43,645 nucleotides of DNA from contig CAJOMY010000001.1 of the NCBI GenBank assembly GCA_905235775.1, positions 1-43,645 of the forward strand, in the 5' to 3' direction. This stretch comes from an uncultured Bacteroidales bacterium. GTDB taxonomy: Bacteria > Bacteroidota > Bacteroidia > Bacteroidales > UBA932. The notes under the pieces are model-generated. The model searched no databases and was not told the DNA's origin. It was given only the letters and a program-made list of their open reading frames with translations. This document shows, piece by piece, positions 32,801 to 41,305 of the stretch. Position 1 is the first letter of the stretch, and every line of letters begins with the position of its first letter. The position numbers and the translations under genes are program-made.

Positions 32801-35800
32801 ATATCGATCAGCTTTTTTTGATCCACATTCCCGAGATAGTTCAGGCCGGAGAAATCCCGCATCGCTTTTGAATCGTTGACCAGCTCCGCAAACGGGAGGC
32901 TGAGCTTCATCGTGATTTCTGTCTGCTTGAGCTGCCCGTCGTTCAGCATCCGGCACATACTCTCCCACGCCGAGTTCTTCTTGAACCCTGCAAAGCGTCG
33001 GAAGGCGACGTCCGGGCGCAGATGCGCCGGAATGTAGTGCTGTTTGGCCCAGCCCTTTTGCGCTTTCGGGATATCCCGCGTCTCCTGCGTCATGGTCTGC
33101 GCGACCTCAAAGGCATTTCTCTCCTCGTTCCCGATTCGGATCTTGACGGCGTCGTCAATGATATGCGTGAGCGCTTTCAGGGTGTTGTAGACCGCTTCGA
33201 GCTGCTCTGTGTTCATCTCATACAGCTTCGTGTCCCCGATCTTTACGCTCAGGTCCCGCAGCATCTCCGCGGCCACGTCGTCAAAGACGGCTGCGTACGT
33301 CGGGTTCTGCCGGTAGCTGTCATACATCGTGCGCAGCTGCTGGATCTTCTGGGCAAAGGCGTCTCCGCCCCGGCCGCTGTCAAAGTCGATCATGTCCAGC
33401 ACGTCGACCGTGAGCCGCACAAACTCCGTCGGCACGTATTTCTTTTCGCTCGGCTTTGCGAGCCGCCGGTTCAGATCGTCGATAAGATCTCGGATCTTTC
33501 TCCGGACGCCGGTGTTATTGCGCCGCTCTCTCGCCCGCTTTTCGATCTCCTTGTAGTGCTTCTTGAGCTCGGCGATCTGCCGCGCCGCGCGCTCCCGTTC
33601 CTTTGCCTGGATCTCGGTCGCCCGCGCCGAGCCCTCGGCCCGAAGCTGTGCAGCCCGATAGTCCGCCTCGGTGCGCAGCGTGGTATACCGGCTCTCGGCC
33701 TTGTCCAGTGCGACGGAGAGATCGTAGATCGTGCGGTAGAGGCTCGCCGCCTCTTTCGCGTCGAGCTTCTTTTCGGCTTTGAGCTGCTGGATCTGCTCCT
33801 GCAGCGCCTTCGTGCGGGCCTTCTGCTTATCGGCGGTCGTGGGCTCGTTCGCCCGCAGCACGCCGTCCATCGCGTCCATCGTGATCCTGTTCGCCAGGTC
33901 CTCGGCCGCCTCGCCCATATACTGCTCGAAGGGATTGACCTCCATCGGCCGGCTGAGATCCATGACCTCGGCGATGCGGCGGAGCTGTTCGCCCTCATTG
34001 GCCATATCGGGGAAGTAGCTCTCTCCGTATTCGCCCTGCAGGTCGTTGTAAAACTGATCGACGCTTCGATAGCCCTCGCGGCTCTCCCGGCTCTTGCTCT
34101 CGCGCTGTGCCAGGATGAAATTCCCGAAGTTCCGCTTGCGAAAGCTCTCAAAATCCTCGTTCAGCTCTCCGATAAAGTCGCTGTCCAGGCTGAGCTTGCT
34201 GCCGCGGACGGTCTCCGCGATGCTGCGCAGGGTCTCGTTCCCCTCGTCTACCGTCTGGCTCGCCGAGGCGAGGATCTCCACCGCGACGCTGCGCGCCCTG
34301 GTCTTGAGATTGTTCTCGTCCAGCTCGGCCGCCGGGGTCTGGAGGATGTAATCGCCCACGGCCTTGATCTTCTCGGCCACGCTCTGGGTGTCGGCCCTGC
34401 TGCCATATTCCCGGATGAGGCTGCGCGCCAGCTTTTTCGCGTCGCTCTGCCGCGTCTCCGGCGTCTTGGTGATCTGCATTTTCTTCTGCAGGGCCTCGAT
34501 GGTCTTGCCCTGCTTGGCAGAGAGCTTTTTCATCTCCGCCACGGTCTCGGTCAGGATGGCGTTCTCGTTCTGGAGCCGCGCATAGGCCAGCTCCCGCCCG
34601 TTCCGCTCTGCCGCCGTGTCGTCGCTCGTATCGTCCCAGCGCTGGAAAAATGCACCGATACCAGCCTCCCGTACTTCTCCCGTCTGAAAATAATACTTGA
34701 TATCATTCACAATCCGGTCGGGGCGGATCGTTCCCTCGTATTCAAGCGTTCCGATGGTATTCCCACGGCTGTCGGTCAAGTCCACATTGAAGTATTCCTC
34801 GTCAGCCACATTGCGGGCAAAGGCGCGGATTGCTCTGTACTGCTCTTCCGTTGGTTCGGTGCTGCTGATAATATCAAGGCCTGGTGCCTCCGCCATAATG
34901 CGGATGTTGCCGTATCCCATGAAACGCACCATAGCCTCGGAGCCTTGCGTTGTTGCAAAGATTTGGCCGATTGCCCGGTGATCTTCACCGCGCGTGCCGA
35001 AGTGCCTGCCCTTCTCGCCGGAGAAGTTGAGCATTTTCCCGTTGGGCACGATGTACCCGGCGTCGTAGTAATACGGGGTATAGCCAAAGGTCTTGACAGC
35101 CTGCTTTCCGAAATACTCCGCCTCCGGCAGTCCTGACTTTTCAATGTCTCGCTGTTCTTCGGCCTCCATTTCTGCGTCTCTCGCCTTGTCGTATGCAGCA
35201 TTGAGAATGTTGACGCGGCGATCAGCCTCTTTCTTTTGGTTGTAAAGGTCATCGTAGCCGCTCTCTCGGGCCCACTTTGCAAAAGCCTTCAGCTCTCTGT
35301 CTCCGCCCTGAATGGCCTTTTGCAGCCGTTCCTGATACTCGTCGTTGCGGTCGCGCAGCTGGCGCTGAAGATTTCTCTGCTGCTCTCGTTCGCTTTGCAG
35401 TTCGTCAAGCAGCTCGCTGGCAGTTCTGTTGCCGACAACAGTGTTGTATTCCTCATCGTCCCACATCTGAAGCTGTGTCCGCGATTCTGCACCAGCCGGA
35501 GCGTCATTTTCCTTGACATCCGCGGTGACTGCTGCTACAATGTTTTCAGAATAAGGCGCTGTGTCTCCGTAATTCGACTGTCCGCCCTGGTCTTTCAGGC
35601 CGGCGTCGTGGGAGAGGGCGCCTTTTTTGTTTTCAAAAATGGCATGAATAAGGCTCCTTGTATCACGCTCAGTTGTTTTTACAGAAAAAATAACTGGAAC
35701 ATATTTTCCTTCGATATTGGCAACGGCCAAAAAAGAATCCCATTCTGTATTTCCGTTGCTCTTTGCTGAACTCTCGCTATGCACATCATGCTTGGAACTG

Positions 35801-38800
35801 TAGATGTACTCAGCGTTATCAATCAGCGATGCAACCTCGGAGAAAAGAGCCCCTCGCTGCAGGTCGGCAAGTCCTCCTGCTGAGTGATTTCTTCCATCGC
35901 TTGTCAGATACGCTGTCATCGTTCCGCCATCGAAGAAGAAATGAACGGAACGGTCGCCGAGGGTATCTTTAAGAATCCCCTTAATTGCCTCACGCGCTTT
36001 TTTCAGATTTCCCCAATCTGTTTTTCCGCTTAATCTCTTAAGCGTTTCTTCTGGGATAGTCACAACTTTCCCGCGGTCAACAAGGCTTCTGGTTTTGCTG
36101 ACTTCTGCCCTTTTTCTTGCCTCTGTGTTTCTGTAGTCGATAAAAGCTCGATTGATATCTTTCCGGCTCCACGCCTGATACTGCACGCCGCCCTCCGGGG
36201 CGGTGTTTTCTTTGCCCTGCGCCTGCCGCACCGTCTGCTCGGCGTTGTAGTTCTCCACAGCCGCCGCGATTCCGTTGGCCCAGCGCTCGGTGATGCCCTC
36301 GATCTCGTCCATCACAGCGCGCACCGGGGCATAGATCGCCCGGTTCTCGTCGAAGCTCATGCCCTCGAACGCCGCGCGGATCTTCTCCGTGATATCGTCC
36401 AGCACGTCGGCCACCTTCTGTGCCAGGGTCATGTTTTCCCTCGCCATGCGCTGCACGGCCCTGTCGTCGGTGAGCATCGTCTGGCAGGCGTTGGCCACCA
36501 GCTCGTCCGTGAGCTCTTCATAGCTCTTTCCGGGCTCCCAGCGCCGCTGCTGCTGTACCAGCCGGTCAAACTCCGCCGGGCTCTTCTTGAGCACGGCTTT
36601 GATCACGTAGTCCTTGAGCTCCTGATATTCACTCGGCGCATATTCCTGCATGAAGTGCGTCAGCTCGTGGGAGAGGGACGCCGCCGCCAGGCTCTTGCGC
36701 GTCTCCTGCGTCATGCCGGAGTTGATATTGATGTACACCGTGCCGCCGCGGACATAGGCGCCGCCCAGGTTCGTCGGGCCGTCGAAGAACACATAGTCGA
36801 TGTTGATAAGATCGGCCAGCCGCTCCACCATCGCCACGATGTTTTTCTGCTGTCTGCTGAGGGAATCCCGGTCGATCCCCTTGTAATCGGTCCCGTCGAT
36901 ATTCCCGCCGTCAAAGCTGACGCTGCCCTTCTTCCGCTTGACGGGCTTGCTGCCCTCCAGCTCCTTCTTGCGGGCCTCCAGCGCCTGCACATCCTTCTGC
37001 AGCTGCACGGCCTTGTCCATATTGGCTTTGGCCTCGTCGAAGGCGCGCTCGTATTCCTCGGAGTTCTGGAATTCCGGGTCCGCCTTGACGGCCGCCTCCA
37101 GCGCGTTCCGCTGGCTCTCGAACAGCTTCACGGTCTCCGCGCCGAGCCGGTTTGCCTCGCGGATCTGCTTCTCCACCTCGGCGAGTGCCTGGGCGTCCGC
37201 TTCGCTCGCCTGCTGCAGGCTTGCCGCCTGCGTGCGGATCTCGGCCCTCCGCGCGTCCAGGCGCTTGACAGCCTCTTTCCGCTCCGTGCGCAGCTGCGCG
37301 CCGATCTCCTGCGCCTTTTCGATCTGGGCGTCCGTCAGCGTGGAGATCATGCTCTCCGCCGGGATGCCGCCCTCCTGGCTCCGGATATCCGTTCCCGTCG
37401 CGGCATAGCGTTCCGCCGCCTCGCTCATGCCGGCGGCGAAGCGTTTTACATCCTGCCCGCTCTCATATACCGCTGCGGCTGCCTCCGCATGGCTCCCCAG
37501 CGCCGCGAGAGAGGACGTCAGAGCGGCTTTCCCTTTCTCCGTGCTCGCGTCCACGCTGACCGGCGCGGAGGTCGCCACGCCGGCGCCGAGCTGCCAGGCG
37601 CGCCGGAACTGCGCCTCGCTCAGTCTGCCCTTGTAGGCGCTCGCCTTCCTTGCCTCCTGCATGGTATATTTCCCGGTCTGCCCCATCTGGTAGGCCTCAA
37701 GCGCCGCCGCGGCGTAGGTCCTTCCATCGGTCCCGGCCTCATATCCCTCGGACAGCACCCGGATATCCCCGTCGGAGAGCTCCATCCTCGCCGCCCTTGC
37801 GCTGCGTTCGATCATGTTCCCCATGACCTGCGTGCGATTCTCGACCTTTACCTTCTCCGTCTGCTCGACGGCGCTCTCAGCCGCGGCCTGCTCGTTCCCG
37901 GTGCGCTGCATCCGGTAGAGATTGGTCTCGACCTCGCGGGCGTTGGGATTGCCCTCTGTGCTCTGGGATACGTTCGTGAGATACATGGCCACCTGCATGA
38001 GGGCTTCTTCGCTGTTTTCCGATAGCGTCACGCCGGTTAGCTCGGTGAACTTCTCCTTCAAACTGTTGTTTTCAGCGATGCGCTGCGCCGCCTTATAGGT
38101 CGCCACATCCACGGCCAGATTGCGGGCTCCTGCGCTGTACTCGACCTGTGCCACGGCGCCGCCGCCCATACCGGCAAGGCCTCCGAGAAGGCCATCATAG
38201 AGGAGCTGCCCGTCGCCCCACACATCAACGAGGAAATCGCTGAGCTGCTGCATGAACTCCTTGTCCTCGCCGCGCCCGGTCGCCTCTCCGATTCCGAGGA
38301 TGCGGTCCATAAGCGGGTTGAGCACGTCAGCGATCATTTCCTCCAGCGCCTCGCCCGTGAAGGCGTTTCCCAGGGTGCCGAGTAATTCGCTTCCGGTCTT
38401 GCTTGCGATCCACTTGTCCACCTTGTTCAAAAACGCCTCGCCATAGCCGGTGCCGCGCCAGGAACCGCCGACGCCGCTGAGCATTTCTGTCGCGATTTCC
38501 ACGCCGCTGCGAGCAAACGCGGTTTCCGCCTGCTTTACAACATTTTCTCCCCGGTTTTCTGCTTCCTGCGCGCCGGACCCAAACACGCGGATGCCCATCG
38601 GGACAAGGCCCATTCCTCCGCTGAGCATGCGGTCAAGAACCTGCTCCACGCCTGTCTTTTCGAGATCCAGAACCAGTCTGCCGAGCCAGTTCGTTCCCTC
38701 GCGCATGCTGTTGAAGGCCTCAGAGGTCATTCCGCTCCCGGCGTTCTGCGCGAAGTTTGCCATCTGAAAGATGGAATTTTCTTCGATCTTTCCACCGCTC

Positions 38801-40044
38801 AAAAGATCCGCGCCGACAAGCCCCGCGTTTATCATCGACAGTGCATAATCTGCCGCCGTCATGCCGACGTTGGTGCCGAGCTTTTGGCCGTAGCTCATGT
38901 CCTCGTACTGCTGCTGGAAGGCATCGAGGTTTTCCTGCGTATTGCTGCCTTCGATGGAGGCCGTCGGGATACCGTACACCTCGGAGAGCATGCGCGCCGC
39001 CTCCGTTCCGACGCGCAGGGTGTCTCCCCAATTATCGATCGTCTCGTTTCCTGTTTCGAGATTCCCGGCTGCCGCGTCGTTCACCCGGTCCTTTACGCCC
39101 TGGATGTCCTCATAAGCATCCGTTGCGGTCTGCTGGATGACACCGCCAAAGCTGGCGTCCTTGTCAAGTCCGTGGACCTCGCCCAGCGTGACGTCTTTCG
39201 CAGGCTTATAGACGCTGTGCCCGAGGAGCCTGCTGAGAACAGGCATTTCCTCGAGCTCGTAGTCGATCCCGTACATCTGCTGGACTTCCTCTGCCGTGTA
39301 CCCGCTGCCTGGCTTCGTCACGGTCGGGCTTCCCGTTTCCTTGAGACTGTTCAGCTCCTCGTTGATCTCTTTCTTCCGCGCTGCGACGCGGTTTGCCTCG
39401 TCCGGGTCAATGATCCAACCCTCATACTGCGCGATCTGGTCAAGCTCCTGCTGCAGCTCGGCGCGGCGCTGCTCCCGGTACTGCCGGTTTCCGGTGCCGG
39501 TATCGGTATACGCCTCCACCTGTTGACTTGGCTTCACGACGCCGGGCGCGGTTCCTGCATACGTGCGGTTCCCCGTCCCGGCATCGCTGTACTGCTCGAT
39601 CTGCTGGCCGGGCTTCACGACGCCTGGTGTCGTAGCCTCTGCCGTCTGTGAAAGACCGTTGACAGCCGAGCGGAATTCATTAAAGTTGTTCAGCAGATTG
39701 ATTCCGGTCAGTGTTGGGTCCAGCTTTCCGTTCGCGTCGTATGCGAGCACGGACGACCTGGCGGCGTTTCCCAATTGGGCAATCTCTGCGCTCTGTCTGC
39801 GCGTCGTTGCGATATCCTGGTAATACTTCATGCCCTCCGGCGTGAGTGACGTAATCGTGCCAGCCTGCGGCGCGGTCCAGTACTGCCTCCGAAACTTCTC
39901 AAGGGCGTCGAGATCCGCGCTGCCGTTCTCCGCCTGAAAGCGGTAATTCGGTTCGTATGCCTGCGCTGCGGGCTGCTGAGCTGTCTGCGCCTGGCTGCTG
40001 TTCTGCCCGTACTTTTTGCGGAACTCGTCCAAATCTACTGCCAT
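29857..40044 (-). CDS. Giant (3395 aa) polyvalent virion/ejection protein with a zincin HExxH motif and inserted modules
   Basis: Uninterrupted ORF in the head operon; GTVYININ..LSHELTHFM (36655-36669); C-terminal DLDGDG. Confidence 0.8.
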   Translation of the reverse strand: MAVDLDEFRKKYGQNSSQAQTAQQPAAQAYEPNYRFQAENGSADLDALEKFRRQYWTAPQAGTITSLTPEGMKYYQDIATTRRQSAEIAQLGNAARSSVLAYDANGKLDPTLTGINLLNNFNEFRSAVNGLSQTAEATTPGVVKPGQQIEQYSDAGTGNRTYAGTAPGVVKPSQQVEAYTDTGTGNRQYREQRRAELQQELDQIAQYEGWIIDPDEANRVAARKKEINEELNSLKETGSPTVTKPGSGYTAEEVQQMYGIDYELEEMPVLSRLLGHSVYKPAKDVTLGEVHGLDKDASFGGVIQQTATDAYEDIQGVKDRVNDAAAGNLETGNETIDNWGDTLRVGTEAARMLSEVYGIPTASIEGSNTQENLDAFQQQYEDMSYGQKLGTNVGMTAADYALSMINAGLVGADLLSGGKIEENSIFQMANFAQNAGSGMTSEAFNSMREGTNWLGRLVLDLEKTGVEQVLDRMLSGGMGLVPMGIRVFGSGAQEAENRGENVVKQAETAFARSGVEIATEMLSGVGGSWRGTGYGEAFLNKVDKWIASKTGSELLGTLGNAFTGEALEEMIADVLNPLMDRILGIGEATGRGEDKEFMQQLSDFLVDVWGDGQLLYDGLLGGLAGMGGGAVAQVEYSAGARNLAVDVATYKAAQRIAENNSLKEKFTELTGVTLSENSEEALMQVAMYLTNVSQSTEGNPNAREVETNLYRMQRTGNEQAAAESAVEQTEKVKVENRTQVMGNMIERSARAARMELSDGDIRVLSEGYEAGTDGRTYAAAALEAYQMGQTGKYTMQEARKASAYKGRLSEAQFRRAWQLGAGVATSAPVSVDASTEKGKAALTSSLAALGSHAEAAAAVYESGQDVKRFAAGMSEAAERYAATGTDIRSQEGGIPAESMISTLTDAQIEKAQEIGAQLRTERKEAVKRLDARRAEIRTQAASLQQASEADAQALAEVEKQIREANRLGAETVKLFESQRNALEAAVKADPEFQNSEEYERAFDEAKANMDKAVQLQKDVQALEARKKELEGSKPVKRKKGSVSFDGGNIDGTDYKGIDRDSLSRQQKNIVAMVERLADLINIDYVFFDGPTNLGGAYVRGGTVYININSGMTQETRKSLAAASLSHELTHFMQEYAPSEYQELKDYVIKAVLKKSPAEFDRLVQQQRRWEPGKSYEELTDELVANACQTMLTDDRAVQRMARENMTLAQKVADVLDDITEKIRAAFEGMSFDENRAIYAPVRAVMDEIEGITERWANGIAAAVENYNAEQTVRQAQGKENTAPEGGVQYQAWSRKDINRAFIDYRNTEARKRAEVSKTRSLVDRGKVVTIPEETLKRLSGKTDWGNLKKAREAIKGILKDTLGDRSVHFFFDGGTMTAYLTSDGRNHSAGGLADLQRGALFSEVASLIDNAEYIYSSKHDVHSESSAKSNGNTEWDSFLAVANIEGKYVPVIFSVKTTERDTRSLIHAIFENKKGALSHDAGLKDQGGQSNYGDTAPYSENIVAAVTADVKENDAPAGAESRTQLQMWDDEEYNTVVGNRTASELLDELQSEREQQRNLQRQLRDRNDEYQERLQKAIQGGDRELKAFAKWARESGYDDLYNQKKEADRRVNILNAAYDKARDAEMEAEEQRDIEKSGLPEAEYFGKQAVKTFGYTPYYYDAGYIVPNGKMLNFSGEKGRHFGTRGEDHRAIGQIFATTQGSEAMVRFMGYGNIRIMAEAPGLDIISSTEPTEEQYRAIRAFARNVADEEYFNVDLTDSRGNTIGTLEYEGTIRPDRIVNDIKYYFQTGEVREAGIGAFFQRWDDTSDDTAAERNGRELAYARLQNENAILTETVAEMKKLSAKQGKTIEALQKKMQITKTPETRQSDAKKLARSLIREYGSRADTQSVAEKIKAVGDYILQTPAAELDENNLKTRARSVAVEILASASQTVDEGNETLRSIAETVRGSKLSLDSDFIGELNEDFESFRKRNFGNFILAQRESKSRESREGYRSVDQFYNDLQGEYGESYFPDMANEGEQLRRIAEVMDLSRPMEVNPFEQYMGEAAEDLANRITMDAMDGVLRANEPTTADKQKARTKALQEQIQQLKAEKKLDAKEAASLYRTIYDLSVALDKAESRYTTLRTEADYRAAQLRAEGSARATEIQAKERERAARQIAELKKHYKEIEKRARERRNNTGVRRKIRDLIDDLNRRLAKPSEKKYVPTEFVRLTVDVLDMIDFDSGRGGDAFAQKIQQLRTMYDSYRQNPTYAAVFDDVAAEMLRDLSVKIGDTKLYEMNTEQLEAVYNTLKALTHIIDDAVKIRIGNEERNAFEVAQTMTQETRDIPKAQKGWAKQHYIPAHLRPDVAFRRFAGFKKNSAWESMCRMLNDGQLKQTEITMKLSLPFAELVNDSKAMRDFSGLNYLGNVDQKKLIDIGLKDESGNAIPVTHGIAAGIYMDLLNEDNRRHFIRGGKTIPNLSDFYSGKGGFGIGTQRAVGIASELSELYHEQREAKSAGDEALADEIQERIEELELSGETYADTVKANIERQLTDFDRKWIRATQQLMDTDSKRYLNETTMEVYGIEKAQVENYYPITSDPNFLASSFEAVTRDMNLENAGFMKERVKSGNPSLALDISSVVNNQIQRVAQYSGLMPAIRNFNKVWNKMGSGYSDSLKNAVNATFGKEGGQYVENLIADLTGSRGVGDDSLGLNRLMGRLRGNLAQTTLTLNVRVALAQMASYPTAAAEVGSKALTKAFFRGGKSGRMISRADAELIAKYSPLLWYRMQGYSSVELGDIKNSQRLSSRVWKKARWATGWIQAVDGATVGRLWYAAEYWVQDNKPNLEKGSDAYYEAVAEKFNDVVEKTQPNYTTMQRPQILRDPNELVRALTMFMTQRLQNFNILFDAAGGYQKAHADFANKRNGVTKADVTEARTQLVSAVSSQLTQAAVYVGFKLLADALLHNMKAYRDDDDGELTAESVSLRVLDNYIDAMAGMFLGGSELHSILMAATGNGNWYGLSLSGVDSVNDLIDNLVTLASTKYDLNDEKSKAKFEKQLSKVGLSLCQYLGIPANNAIKIKDALLYHIEDIRNGEFGRFEAGYERTKAQSTDVLIRALESGDDAAVQKATEAFESEKAAFSAVKSQLKKDFEDGKRTAEQVAALLEKTGVSQNDAFFTVQSWETGDSGKYTAVKRAALAGDQKAFKSAMTDLTSHGVKEKTAQSEIKTFVRKAYFGDELSAEEQEILGEKMLSDAEARRLLSYYAGLTVDEANETVAEWRETRSFIRQHGAEYEQYDLSVTQAKYFYDRVKNTAGITLRDYASQVDRYGTETVKAYYGDGDGSWRETGLTIDQYATYKTGYAQCKGTDLDGDGKTDSGSKKAEVMRVIDALPVSNAVKDALYRKNGWSEKTIYEAPWRN

Positions 40045-40059
40045 ATTTCCCCTCCAGAT

Positions 40060-40989
40060 TTAAATACGGTCTTTTACCTGCCAGTTCTTGCGGATATATT
40101 TTGCTTCATCCTGGGTGATGGTTCCGGCCTTGACCTCCTGAGCAAGATACTGGTTGACGTCGGTAGCGGATGCTCCGTTCTGCCGTGCATTATCGTAAAC
40201 GCCGGCCACATCTACAAAGCCCCAATTCCCGGTATTTGCGGCGGTGTCGCTGCTGGTTGTGCTGCTCCCGCCGGAGCTGCTTCTCCCGCCGCCGCCTCCG
40301 CCACCGCCACCGCCGCCGGTCGCGGCCGGCGTGACGCCGCGGAGATATTCCTGCAGCAGCGCGTTCGCCGCCTCCCGAGACATGCCCGCCGCGGCGAGCT
40401 CCTGGTCCGTCGGGCTGTAGCCGGTGGAACCGATCAGGGCATACAGGTTGGAAAAAGCCTGCTGCTGGCGGCTGTACTCCTGGCTTTCGAGCTGCGTCTG
40501 ATACGCGCGCTCGTTCTCCCAGTCGCTCAGCTCGTCGCGGTATCGCCCGTATTCGGCGTCTCGCTGCTGCCCGAGCAGAGAATACTGCTGCAGCAGCCGG
40601 TCTCCCTCGTCCTGCCAGCGCCCGTATGCGCTGTTGTAGAGGTCGGGGATCACCGCGGAGAGGTTTTGCAGATAGGCGTCAAAGGCCTGCTGCCCCACCT
40701 GCTGGCCGTAGCTGGAGCCGTAGCCGCCCGTGAGCGCCGCCGCCTGGCCCATCGTGTCCCTCATGGCGAGCTTGCCGCCCTGGATATACTGGTCCTTCAT
40801 GCCCTGGTACAGCGGGTCCTGCGTCGCGTCGTACTGGAAGTTGGGCCGCGTGGTGATCTGGTTGTAAAGGTCCGTCAGCTGCGTGTCATAGCTCCCGTTG
40901 TAGGTCGGTCTCTCCGTGCGGAAGCGGTTGTACAGCGTGTCCGCGTCCACCGCATACGGGCTTTTTTTCTTATCGTCTTCAAGCGCCAT
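40060..40989 (-). CDS. Probable internal virion/ejection protein
   Basis: Q/Y-rich, DTMGQAAALTGGYGSSY, poly-Gly linker. Confidence 0.65.
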   Translation of the reverse strand: MALEDDKKKSPYAVDADTLYNRFRTERPTYNGSYDTQLTDLYNQITTRPNFQYDATQDPLYQGMKDQYIQGGKLAMRDTMGQAAALTGGYGSSYGQQVGQQAFDAYLQNLSAVIPDLYNSAYGRWQDEGDRLLQQYSLLGQQRDAEYGRYRDELSDWENERAYQTQLESQEYSRQQQAFSNLYALIGSTGYSPTDQELAAAGMSREAANALLQEYLRGVTPAATGGGGGGGGGGGRSSSGGSSTTSSDTAANTGNWGFVDVAGVYDNARQNGASATDVNQYLAQEVKAGTITQDEAKYIRKNWQVKDRI

Positions 40990-41305
40990 GATATTCTCCT
41001 CCTATCCTGAGATTGTCCGGGTGGGCCTCGGCGATCAGCGTCAGCCCGTCCAGAATGATTTGATACAGATAGCGGCAATCCGCCGCCGCTGCCCTGCTCG
41101 GGCTGCACTGTACCTCGATGATCGCCCGATCCGGGTCGATATACAGGTGCGCGCCGTAGTCCTCGCGGTTGGTCGCGGCCTCCACCAGTGTCCAGGCGAG
41201 CGCCGAGGCCCCGGCGCATACCGGGTCAAAGCCGCTCTCCGTTGCCTCGGCGTGCCCCTCCACGCGCATGCGGTACTCCGCCGGCTCATAGATCACCCTG
41301 GTCAT
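40979..41305 (-). CDS. prp: Prp (ribosomal-processing, L27-type) cysteine protease
   Basis: EGHAE..GFDPVCAGASAL matches the Prp His/Cys signature GHA..G.DIVCAG.SA. Confidence 0.85.
   Translation of the reverse strand: MTRVIYEPAEYRMRVEGHAEATESGFDPVCAGASALAWTLVEAATNREDYGAHLYIDPDRAIIEVQCSPSRAAAADCRYLYQIILDGLTLIAEAHPDNLRIGGEYHGA

Noticed and set aside
29857-40044. Tape measure protein or virion RNA polymerase
   Set aside because: No tail tube or chaperone genes, no periodic TMP repeats and no polymerase motifs were recognised. The DLDGDG is at the extreme C-terminus and looks Ca-binding.
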